A DNA stretch of 20,000 nucleotides from Chiloscyllium plagiosum (Eukaryota), in contig NC_057755.1 of assembly GCF_004010195.1 (NCBI RefSeq), positions 589,453 through 609,452 on the forward strand, written 5' to 3'. Within the stretch, counting starts at the first letter, position 1; every line of letters starts with the position of its first letter. Below are positions 9,590-19,961 of this stretch, piece after piece. Below the pieces are notes generated by a model that was given only the letters and a program-made list of their open reading frames with translations, was not told where the DNA came from and made no database searches. The translations under genes and the position numbers were made by a program.

Positions 9590-10431
9590 AACAAAGAACA
9601 AAAATGTTACACCACAAGAACAGGAAATTCAGCCCACCAAGCCAGCGCTGATCTAGATCCCTATCTAAACCAGTCACCTATTATCCAATGATCTGTGTGC
9701 CTCTGCACCCTAGCCCATTCATTTGTCTGTCTCGATACATCTTAAATAGCGCTGTTTTGCCCGCCTCTACACCTCCACTGGCAATGCGTTCCAGGCACCT
9801 ACCACCCTCTGCGGAAAGAAATTTCCATTCATATGTTCCTGAAACATTTCCACTCTCACCTTGAACTCATGACTCTTGTAATTGAGTTCCCCACTATAGG
9901 AAAATCTTCTTGTTGTCCACCCTGTCTACACCTCTCATGATTTTAAAGACGTGAATCAGACTCCCCCCCCCACCAACAGCCGTCTTTCTAAAGAAAAAGA
10001 GTGTTAATCCACTCAACCTCTCTTTATAGCTAGCGTCCTCCATACCAGGCCATATCCTCTCCAAAGTATCCACATCCTACTGCTAATGTGGTGACCAGAA
10101 ATGTACACAGCATTCCAAATGATGGATAGCCTTCTTGACTACTTTATCGAGCTGTGTTGCCACCTCTGTACATTAATTCTCAGGGACTTTTCCATTTACG
10201 TATAGTTCACTCCAGAATTGGATCTTCCAAAATGCATCACCTCGCATTTGCTAGATTAAACTTCATCTGCACGTTCTCCACACAACTCTCCAAGCTATAT
10301 ATATATATATTCTGCTACATTCTCTGACAGTCGCATTTACGAACGGACTCCACCAATCTTAGTGTCATCTGCAAACTTGCTAAACAGTCCCTGATGAGGC
10401 CTTCAGTCCTCGAGGTCAGTTATTTATATTA
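9590..10431 (-). mobile_element. CR1 3' fragment nested in antisense orientation
   Basis: gtgtcatctgcaaacttgct (about 10362-10381) reads SKFADDT on the minus strand. The tail aacaaagaac at 9590 is the reverse complement of a gttctttgtt CR1 tail. Confidence 0.85.
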
Positions 10432-10662
10432 GTGAGGAGGAGTTACGTCAACCAGAGAGTGTGAAATTATGGATCACATTGCCAGAGATGGCAGTGAGTA
10501 GCTAGTGATTCCGTTTATTTAAGTCAGAGATAGGAAATGTTCTGGATTAATAAGGGAGTAATCGGTTACAGGGAAAGGACTTGAGAATAGGGTGATGGTC
10601 GAATGGTGGTTAAGACTTGAAGGGCCGAATGATCTAATTCTGCTTCCACATTCTCTGGTTTT
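10432..10662 (+). mobile_element. CR1 3' fragment, right part (continuation of 9060-9589)
   Basis: Resumes at gaggaggagttacgtcaaccagagagtg (RRSYVNQRV, compare RRNFFSQRV) and ends with the aagggccgaatg... 3'UTR motif. Confidence 0.75.
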
Positions 10663-11721
10663 CAGGCTGCAAATTTCCAACAGGCAGAAAAAGAATTACA
10701 GATAGAGAAAAGAGGGAGGCTGCAAGGATTGGAAGGAGAGATTGTGAATGAAGGAAGATTGAAGGAGGCAGCAAGGGATGGAGAAAAGGAGAGAAGAATG
10801 TGATGGAAACCAGGAAACAGAACCATTGGAAAACAGTGAGGCAATTAACTCCATGATTTTTTCCGTTTGTAAGGTTGTATTTCTCCCATAGGATCAGCAT
10901 GGATTTTGGTTGGAGAACGCAAGTCATTCTGATCAGTAATGGAACAATTTCTAAGTTTCAATTTGAGATTGTGGCCTGAGATGTGACAACATGTGTGCAA
11001 CTGCCGGATTAAAGTTTCCACTTTTCTGTGTCTTTATTGCAAATTCATTCACCACGTTTCTGGTGAAAACATGATCGGGGGATGGTTTTTTGTGGTAGAA
11101 GTGTCTTCATGGTTTTGAAGAATGTGTCAGAAAATGCTGCACGCTTACATTTTGTGCTCTTGCGCCAAATCAATATGGCGAGACGTAATAAATTAATCCT
11201 TCTACTTGTGAATGTGGCTTTAAGTATGTTGGTGTTTGGAGACAGTTCAAAATATTGATGGGTCCTTCCAATGTAATTCCACTTAAGTGTCTCACGCATC
11301 CACACAAAAAAAGGTTGAAGTTTCGACGGTACTGTATCACTAAATGGAGGAGGAGTATCCCCCGAACATCACAAAGTAACGGTCCAGAATGAACCCTGCT
11401 CCTAAATCTGTGAAGTATGTGAGGGGGGTGTTTGCTCCTGAAGACTCTGATTCTGAACCACAGCATCAATGTGGATCCAGAACGTGTTTCTGCTGCTTTT
11501 CTCTTTCACTTAATGACTTTTAATTTCACGTGGCCAGTTTCATTTTCCTCCAAACTGAGTTACGTCACAGATTCCCAGACCCCTGAAAGATTAGATTCAA
11601 TATTCCGCAACAACAGTACCATGCTTCCGGAGATGGCTAGTAATTTCCAGCCCGTTATAGTGAAATCCACCTTTTCAATGTTTTCAAATCACACCAGACC
11701 CAGACATGACAGAATAAGTCG

Positions 11722-12102
11722 AGACTGATTGAGGTCTACAAAATCATGACGGGTATAGACGGGGTAGGTAGAGATAAGCTTTTTCCCATGGTGAGGGATT
11801 CAATAACGAGCGGTCACACGTTCAAGGCGAGAGGTGAAAGTTTTAAGGGGGATGCACGCGGCAAGTATTTTATGCAAAGGGTGGTAAGTCCTGGAACGCA
11901 TAGCCTGCAGAGGTAGTAGAGTCAGGGAGGGTAGATTCATTTAATGTCCGTCCGGGCAGATGCATGAATAGGTGGGGAGCAGAGGGATCCAGAAACTTAG
12001 GAATTGGGCGATAGGTTAAGACAGCGGGTTTAGATCGCCTTAGGCTTGGAGGACCGAAGGGAATGTTCCTGGGCTGTAAATTTTATTTGTTCTTTGTTCT
12101 TT
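11722..12102 (+). mobile_element. CR1 3' end, same subfamily as 2659-3386
   Basis: Colinear with about 3008-3386 (ttgag.tctacaaaatc, cacgcggcaagt, cagaggtagtagag, ggtagattcatttaa, ggctgtaaatt). Ends in a tttgttctttgttctttg tail. Confidence 0.9.
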
Positions 12103-13428
12103 GAGACTTCCAAGGCCCTTCCTTCTGCTACCAAGTATTTACATTTGCGCATTTATTGGCCTAATGAGCTTTTCAATTTCTTGCCCAACTACGTCAATTC
12201 TACTTTGAAGAACTCATCACTGTGTCCACCTGCAGTGATTGTAATCAGGTCAAACAGCTGGACCTCAGGATATGAGTTCCCTGATTGGGGCTGCTAATCT
12301 GATCCAATCAGGGAGACCTGGTTAACACAGCAGGGTGAAATACAACGGATATTGTGATGCCGAATGCCTGACTTATTGAGAGGCTATTGTTAAAGGCTTT
12401 GCATTTGTAAATAAAGGGTGATTGCTCCTGAATTAATGGCCTCTGCAGAGTTACTTCATGAACAAACATTGTTGATGCCAATGTGGGGTAGGACCTCTGG
12501 ATCTTCACTTTGCACAATTCCCGCTCCTGCCCTTACTCCCATTCCCATTCCAAAATGTCCTGTAACTGCCCTTTGAACATCTTGAACAGATGCACTACTG
12601 ATTCAACTTATGAGTCTGGAATGTGTCAAGTCAGCAGTAATGATCCTGTAGGAGACCTTCAGTCAGCTGTTTTAGGTTTTTCCACTGAAGAAACTTGGTG
12701 TGAACACAGCATCGACGTTGATTTCATTAAACTGGGAAAGGCAAGAATGATGAAGGCTAGCGAGTGCATGTCCATTTCAGTGCATCAAAGATTCACGAGA
12801 ATGAAAGCTGGATAATAGCGCTTCAATGATGAAATCACACAAACCCATTGTTGTATTCCTAAATCTCAGAAAGGTCTGAGAGGAGTACAGTTTCCAAGAA
12901 AATAAATGGAAATTGATGGCATGACTGCACAGAAAGGCATCTTATTGCTCTTTGATCGAGGACTAGTATCATCATCTATAAATCTAAGAATGGTCTGAAA
13001 TCCTTTCAAGATTGAAATGAAAGAACATTACTTGACATTTCTCTAGCTTACGTTGCACAGACTATTTCTCTCTCACTCACCCACTGAACCTGCACTTCCC
13101 CTTTTCAGGTTTTCTGTGTCCTCGGTTTATTTTACTGTCTCACCTAACAGTGTGTTCCTGAAAAGAAAGCACATGGTCACATCATTTCAGTCATTGGTAT
13201 AGATTATAAATGGCTTTGTCTTTTTTAATGTTCATTGTGGCACCCAATAACTCGCGACTGGCAATCTTGAAAAATAAATGTTTATTCGCATTCTCTATTT
13301 TCTGTCATTTATCAGCCCTGACACTAAATTCTGTTACCCCAACACTACTGGAGCTCACCGACAAATTTGACACCAGCTTAAACAATACTGATTTTTTACA
13401 CTTTCTACATCTTTGTCACTGCAAATTC

Positions 13429-13492
13429 CTCCCTGCCCCCACTTCTCAATTTCTCTTCGAATCTCCCTGCCCCCACTTCTCAATTTCTCTTC
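13429..13492 (+). repeat. Perfect 30-bp direct repeat, two copies, period 34
   Basis: ctccctgcccccacttctcaatttctcttc at 13429-13458 and 13463-13492. Confidence 0.95.
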
Positions 13493-13555
13493 CATCACTT
13501 CAGTGTTCAGCTGTTTTAGATTTCTTCACTGAATATTGCCAATACAGCTGAAAAA

Positions 13556-13652
13556 TATTCCTGATAAAGGGTTTTTGCCCGAAACGTCGATTTTCCTGCT
13601 CCTCGGATGCTGTTTGACCTGCTGTGCCTTACGAGCATCACATTCTGGACTG
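13556..13652 (+). repeat. Penelope-derived terminal fragment with a mutated hammerhead motif
   Basis: CTGATAA-AGGG-TTTTTG-CCC-GAAA-CGTC-GA at 13561-13590, then ...ctcggatgctgtttgacctgctgtg. The second G of CUGANGA is replaced by A. Confidence 0.7.
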
Positions 13653-14354
13653 AGAAATGTTAATGCCCTCTGCTGCTGTGCAGCTTGTGTGTTTCTCAGG
13701 GTCACTTCTGAAAAATCTCCAGAACAGTTTAAACTTGCTGGAGAATCTTTATTGCTTGCAGCTTATGCGACCTTAGAGGAATAAACCTTTATAGTTATTT
13801 GACTTGTTTAAAAGTTTGTTTTAATTTGTGAATTTACAGTGGATTGATAAGCTACTGTGCATTGCGATGTTGGACTTGTTGACACCTCGAACGCATCATC
13901 TCCATTAACCACTGTCATCTCTTTACGGAACAGCCGCTGTTTAACAGGGAAGCCACATCCCATGGCTAAGGAGAACAGTTCTCAGAGAGACACTTAACAA
14001 CCGGAATATCATTACGAAATTGTCCAATTCAAGGGAAGGACGACATTGAAATCAAAGGATATTTCAGAGTGGAACGGTTCATGATTGGGTATCATAGATG
14101 CAATTTCCAATATTTGAGATTGACCGATTGAGATTTGCATCATCCATTAACCCTCAGTTATCTTCTGTCACAAATTGGGGTTAATTCACTGTCATCTCTT
14201 GTTTGCTTAAATTTTTAAATAACATAATTGATGGGTGTAGTAACGTGACTGTTCCCCAGGTGATACCATCAGGCATAAATGAAAGGCTTTGGGAATATAT
14301 TTCCACAGCTTTTAGTACAGAGAAATTGCCTGCACAAAGGGATTCGCGCAGAAA

Positions 14355-14421
14355 ATGCTTCAAACAGTTTATCAGGCACGGAAAATATGTTACGTGATCC
14401 TTCCAATTGTAGCAGTTCCTG
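14355..14421 (+). CDS. Exon 1 (coding part) of GPR139-like orphan class A GPCR
   Basis: ATG at 14355 reads MLQTVYQARKICYVILPIVAVP plus one G, followed by a consensus donor G|GTGAGT at 14422. The phase-1 G joins TT at 17620-17621 to give V-N-F-L-V, completing TM1 in frame with exon 2. Confidence 0.85.
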
Positions 14422-15280
14422 GTGAGTGTTGTGCACCGTTGACTTTGTGTAAATCTGCCTGAGAATACTCTGCGGTTTCACTTTCCCGTTGACAATGATA
14501 CATGGACATGTTGTGACCACCGTCACATAGGGGCAGACAATAGTTGATTTCGATTCAGACCGCAGGCTCCCTGCGGAATCCCCAGCATCGCAGGCTCAGA
14601 AGGAATTGTTTGACAAAACAATTTCCCGCTGGATAAGTAATCACTTCCTGGAACCTTCTGTAAATCTCCATTTTAATCGGAGGCTTCAGCGAATTACAAC
14701 ATAATTAAGTAGAATAGTCACTTTGGATTGTGTGACGTAAACTGTGGAAATCGTATGCAGTAAGTGCTAAAGCATATAGGGTGAATTTCGTTCTTGTTTT
14801 GGAGTAATTAACCGGTGTGTTTCTCTGTGTCTCTGAAGATAATCGTTCTGTTAATAGAGAGAGTTTAGATAGTGGCATGTGCCCTCAATGATGAAACAGA
14901 TTTTTATCAGTTCAGTTATCATTCTCCATGTTGTCCAATTCGTCAACTCATGTTGTTGTGATATGTTCGCCAGAACCAGACCTGTTAAATGAAGGATGCT
15001 CATTGCAGATCAATTTTGGATGAGTAATAACTCTTTGCATTCCAATTCCCTTCTGGAAATGAACGCCTGTCCTAAATTGGTAATGGTATTGTTTTATAAC
15101 TCTCTTAAGGCTATTTTCCATTTTTGTGAATCTGTCCCTCTGAGCTCCCAAACACATTGATCTCATTTGGATGCTTGTTTTCCAAGGAATCTTTTGAAAA
15201 TCACCCTTCCTACCTAATTGCAGCAATGCGTGCTTGACACTCTAGACATTATTTTCATTTAAATGTGGACTTGATATTTT

Positions 15281-15470
15281 GGGATCGGTTAGCGCAGTTA
15301 GCTGAATAGCTACTTTACAATGCAGCATGATGCGAACAGCGTGCGTCCATTTCTTGCACTGGTGTTGAAGTTACCTTTGAATGATTCTCCTTTTCAATCT
15401 CTGTCATTGGCTGATGCACTAGATATTCGGATTACACCAACACCAGTCATCTCTCTCTTAACAGAGGATA
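15281..15470 (+). mobile_element. Decayed tRNA-derived SINE in the GPCR intron
   Basis: Box-A-like GGTTAGCGCAGTTAG at the start and a degenerate box B (cgtccatttct) about 55 nt later. It resembles a shark SINE as I recall it. Confidence 0.55.
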
Positions 15471-15659
15471 ATGCAAGGGTCTGCCCTGCTTTCCAAATGC
15501 ATGTAGTACTTACTCTATTTTAATGTATTGCATTCTTTCCCCCTGCGTTCCTAAATAGAGCGACGTTTATACTCTGCTGAGATATTTCACAAGTTTAGAG
15601 ATGTTGACTTGAATGCACCCCACTACTCCTACGTTTTCTTTCGAAATTTCTGAACAGCA

Positions 15660-16590
15660 GTTTGGCGCAAGTGTTGGTTCCACGACCTTTTCCTCATTTA
15701 TAAAATTGATTTGAATGTGAATATAGCAGCAATGGTTCGCAAATTTGCAAATAATACCAGAATAACTGGCATAGTGAAAAGTGCAAAATGTTACTTCCGA
15801 GCGCAACAGCATCTTGATCAGTTGGGCATTGGTCCGAGAAGGTGCAGATGGAGCTTAACTTTGATAAACGTAAGATGCTGTATTTTGGTCAGGGAAAGCA
15901 GGGCAGGACTTATAGGTTTAATGGTCGGGCCCTGGGATGTTTTGCCGAACAGATACGGATGAGTTTCGGGGAGACACAATGGTGAGGAAAGTGTTTAGCA
16001 AGCTTACCTTCATGCGCAGTGGATGCGTATAGGAGTTGGGATGTCATGGTGCAGCTGTCCAGGACGTTAGTGAGGTGACGTATGGAATGCTGTATTCAAT
16101 ACTGATCTCCCTGCGAAAGGAATGTTGCTATCTTGCAAACGTTCAAAAAAGAATGACAAGGGCTTTACTAGGATTGAAGAGTTTGAACAAGAGTGAGAGG
16201 CTGAATAGGCTGGAGCTATTTTGTCTGGTGCATTGGAGGCTGAGACGTGACCTTATAGAGCTTTATAAATTCATGAAGCGCACGGTTAGGGGGAATAGCC
16301 AATGTTTATTTTCTTTCTCTATTATAGGGGAGCCCAAACCTCGAGCACATTGGCTTAAGTTGATAGGCTTGCGATTTAAAAGCAACCTGAGGGGCAATGT
16401 TTCCATTCAAAGTGTGATGTGTTTATGGAAATACAGGTGCAAATACATCATTGAAAATACATCTATATGGGTAGATGAATAAGATATCGATCAGATACTG
16501 GCCGATGAGACTTGCTCAATGTTGGAAAACCTGTCGGTATGAATGAGTTGCACAGAAGTGTCTGTTTTTGTGATGTATGACCACAATGGC
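15660..16590 (+). mobile_element. Decayed CR1 ORF2 3' half in the GPCR intron
   Basis: RKFANNTRI (compare KFADDTKI), LANVQKRMTRALLGL, ERLNRLELFCL..RLRRDLIELYKFM, followed by a 3'UTR. Confidence 0.85.
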
Positions 16591-17127
16591 TACGGCATTA
16601 GGCGCAGTCGAATTTGTATTTTCAACTGCAGTCTTTGATGTAGACTCTGAACATAGACTGCACATTTCCAGAACGCATGGATAAAGTGCGATGTTTGGTG
16701 TTGCTGAGGAAAAAAATATCTCATGACAAGAATATGGACGGCATATGGTTAGGCGGCAGGAAACAGAATGTCAGCTAAAACCGAGTCTTGGGGTGGAACG
16801 CCAGTTTCATGATCCTCAGGTTGATTCATAATCTGATGATCATGTGATGGAGGAAGAGATAATGCGTCCAATCTCCAACATTCCATCTCTCTCCCTCAAA
16901 CTCTGAGTTTGTTTTCTGGGGTGTTAGACAGGTGCGGTTTGTGATCTTAAGGGCACCCAGGGGAACGGACAGCTGTTGGGAACGTGCAACCAAAATGTCA
17001 AATAGCAGTGCAGGTTCGAAAGGCTGAATGGACCTCACGTTCTCGAAATTCTTCAAACTAGGACAGTCAGAGCTAAACTGAAAAAGCTGATTAAGATAAA
17101 GACTTATGGCCACAATGAATCATGTCA

Positions 17128-17228
17128 AAGAAAAACTAAAACTGCTGATGAAAGTTGGCTGCTCTGTTTGCATGTGCGAGAAGAAAGCCTTGTTAAGATT
17201 TTGAATCCAGCGATCCTTCTTCAGGAAA
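17128..17228 (-). repeat. Degenerate Penelope-derived hammerhead-type terminus in the GPCR intron
   Basis: Minus strand reads CTGAAGAAGGATCGCTGGATTCAAAATCTTAAC. The CUGANGA box is kept (17224-17218) and GAAA is decayed to AAAA. Confidence 0.5.
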
Positions 17229-17619
17229 AGATGTCCTGACTAGTTATCCTGAATGCTCACCCAAGGACTTATTAATTTTTTTGTGTTCTCCTTTAACTGC
17301 CCTCCAAAGCAGTGCATTTCACTGTTCTCCAGTGAAAGCCTTAACCTCAAGCTACCCTCCAAAGCTTAGGCCAGTCACCGCAAACGTATGCGCCCTTGTC
17401 ATTTGCTAATTCACTACATTGCCCCTGAACTCCCCAAATAAACTTAGAAGTGAACATTTTTGAAATCAGTCAGGCTCAGATCTGCTATTTTCAGATTTGA
17501 CCACAGACAATTCCCAACTAATGTATGTGGGTGCTAAGACCATCCATTGCTTTCTGGATAGACGTGGAGAATGTTTTATCAATAATCGCCGATTTGCATT
17601 TTACCCCTGTCTCTTTCAG

Positions 17620-18476
17620 TTAACTTCCTGGTGATGTTGGTTCTCGCACGTGGAAAGTGTGGCCTCTCAAACTGCACAAAGCGATGCCTAGTGGCCATGG
17701 CAATGGCAGATTTACTGTTCATTCTCGTGAACGTCATACTGTGGCAACTCAAGAACATTTATTTCCCAAGGAGTTTCCTGGACCTCACCCCTGTGTGCAG
17801 TTCTATCTTTGTTCTGATTCATGCCACCACAGACTGTTCTGTCTGGTTCACTGTCCTTTTCTCCTTTGATCGTTTTGTTGTCATTTGCTGTCAGAAACTG
17901 AAGAGAAAATATTGGACAGACAAAACCTTGTCTGTGACTCTAGCTACAATTGGCATTCTGCTCTGTTCAAAAAACATTCCCTTCTATTTGTTGTTTCAAC
18001 CTGGGTGGATACTTGACAATGTTCCATGGGGCTGCCGAGTAAAGTCAAGTTTTTTTACTGATCCAAGGTGGCTGGGATTTAAGTGGTTTGACAACGTTTT
18101 AACACCTTTCATTCCACTGGTGTTAATTCTGTTAATGAACACTCTGACGGTCAGGCACATCGTCGTGGTTAGTCGAGTCCGGAAGGCACTCAAGGGTCCA
18201 AGTACGGGAGAGAGTCACAAAGATGCAGAGATGGAAAGCCGGAGGAAGTCAATGATTACCCTCTTCACCATATCCACCAGCTTCATACTTCTGTGGATAG
18301 TGTACGTAACAAGTTTCTTATATAACTGCATTAATGGAACAACTTTAACTGTTTTTGCACCAATCGGATACCTCATCAAGGATTTCAGCTGCAGCACAAA
18401 CACATTATTTTATGCAGTGACTCTGTCCAAGTTCAGAGCGAAGTTCAGGAACGCCGTGCACCAACTGATCTCATAA
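17620..18476 (+). CDS. Exon 2 of GPR139-like orphan class A GPCR (rest of TM1 through TM7 and helix 8); spliced product about 307 aa
   Basis: Polypyrimidine tract and acceptor (ttacccctgtctctttcAG, AG at 17618-17619). The ORF shows LARGKCGLS (ICL1), AMAMADLL (TM2), DCSVWFTVLFSFDRFVVIC (TM3, DRF), KNIPFY (TM4), LTPFIPLVLILLMNTLTVRHI (TM5), DAEMESRRKS (ICL3), SFILLW (TM6), SCSTNTLFYAVT (TM7) and SKFR (helix 8). These match the expanded chondrichthyan GPR139-like group as I recall it. It is probably not the true GPR139 orthologue. Confidence 0.9.
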
Positions 18477-18694
18477 ATTCTTCACTTAATGATTCAGAAA
18501 AACAACTGAGAGAGCTCCAAAAGCAGCCACAGTGTTCCCTGTGCAGGAATTGTATATGTACAGCCAGGACTCCATCAGCACAACTACATGGATCTGAGTA
18601 TAACACTCAGTGGTTAGTGGGGAAGGGGTATGTAAAAGGATGGGTCACCTTTCACTATGCTCAGGAACAAGCTGCTGCCTTACAGACTGTCACA

Positions 18695-18900
18695 AACGGT
18701 GACACACAGACAATGAGCAACAAGCAGTAGGCCATTCAGCCTTCGATTCTGATCCTCTTGCCATTCCAGAAGATCGCAACACATCTAATTCTAACGTCAA
18801 ACCCGCTTTCACATCTGCCCCTGAGGACGATCCCACTCCTCCCTCTCCAAAGGTTAACAATAATCTATCCAGTTCTAAATTGACATTATTGAAGGACATA
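18695..18900 (-). mobile_element. Old CR1 3'UTR fragment
   Basis: gcagtaggccattcagccttcga is the reverse complement of the CR1 terminal ...ggctgaatggcctact motif. Confidence 0.6.
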
Positions 18901-19157
18901 ACGAAGGGACAGCAAGTAAAGAGGCAAGAGGTGACTGTCAGGCGCAGGAAAGAGGCTGCAAAAGTGATTGGAAATGACGGACTGACTGTGAGTGATGGGT
19001 TCAGCTGGAACATTGGGTTTTCACGGACTTCTCTGTGGTTGAATGTTAAAGACCAGCAGGATGGGTCTCTGCATTGCCCTGCAGGGGAGTATGAGGAGAG
19101 GCAGAAACAGTCCCTACTGCACCATGATGATAGTCAGACTCTCTCTGTACAACTTGC

Positions 19158-19163
19158 AATAAA
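19158..19163 (+). promoter_or_regulatory. Candidate polyadenylation signal of the GPCR gene
   Basis: First AATAAA that I saw downstream of the stop, about 680 nt away. No transcript support. Confidence 0.3.
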
Positions 19164-19304
19164 CACTTTATTATAACAAGAGAAAGGCTCCTTGTGCTGG
19201 TCATTCCTCCAACAAAATTTGAAATTATTTCCTGCTGTTCTGTTCATTATTGAAAGAGTTTCTTGAGCCCAGCTCCCATCCACTCTCAACACTGGGAATA
19301 TTAT

Positions 19305-19650
19305 TTCCCCTCCACTCTGTCTCTTTCTGTCTACCATTGTCTCACGTTTCTCCTTCTCTCTCTGTCTCTCCCTCTATTTCACTCTCTCTATCTATCTCTC
19401 TCACTATCGATCAGTTTCTCGCAATCAGTCTCTTCCTCTGTCACTCTGACCGTCTTTCTATCTCTCTTCATCTTTCACTGACTTCGCTCTCTTTGTATCT
19501 CTGTCTCAGTTTCTCTCGGTTTCTCTCTGTCTCTCTCACTCTCTCTGTCTCTCTCACTCTTTGTCTCTGTCTAATTCTTTCTCCGTCTCTCTCTCTATCC
19601 TCTCTCCTTTTGTCTCTCTCTCTCTCCCTTTGTCTCTTTCTCTCATTGAC
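19305..19650. repeat. CT-rich degenerate microsatellite / polypyrimidine tract
   Basis: Imperfect (CT)n and (CTGT)n runs. This explains the SLSL and RERE ORFs. Confidence 0.9.
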
Positions 19651-19870
19651 TGAGTCAGACACTTGACTCAGTTTACCACATGTTCACATACATTGGCTCA
19701 AATCCCCTACTTATCTCTTCAGTCACTGATTTCACTGCAGGAAGTGATTTTCGAAAACGCAACACGCACGGACACAACCAGCAATACGTTGATAAAATAT
19801 TAATTAGAGTTCTGTAAAATTCTGTTTCCTTTCATCTGCGGCACTCTGATTTTATTCCTCTCTCTCTCTG

Positions 19871-19892
19871 TATCTATCTGTCTATCTATCTG

Positions 19893-19960
<68 letters not shown>
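19871..19960. repeat. (TCTA)n / GATA tetranucleotide microsatellite
   Basis: 17 perfect TCTA units at 19893-19960, preceded by TCTG-interrupted units. Confidence 0.97.

Positions 19961-19961
<1 letters not shown>

Noticed and set aside
10389..10420. CTGATGAGG as a fifth hammerhead
   Set aside because: There is no downstream GAAA box, and it lies within a decayed minus-strand CR1.
13506..13552. Inverted repeat TTCAGCTGT/ACAGCTGAA as a functional hairpin
   Set aside because: It is only 9 bp and built on the self-palindromic CAGCTG, so it is likely chance.
16036..16482. 148-aa ORF as a host gene
   Set aside because: It is a decayed CR1 ORF2 C-terminus within the GPCR intron.
17631..17636. GTG/ATG start of a single-exon 281-aa GPCR, as in the ORF track
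   Set aside because: It would lack most of TM1. A strong acceptor at 17619 and a phase-compatible upstream exon explain the frame better.
19250..19666. ORFs rich in SLSL or RERE
   Set aside because: They are translations of the CT/GA microsatellite.
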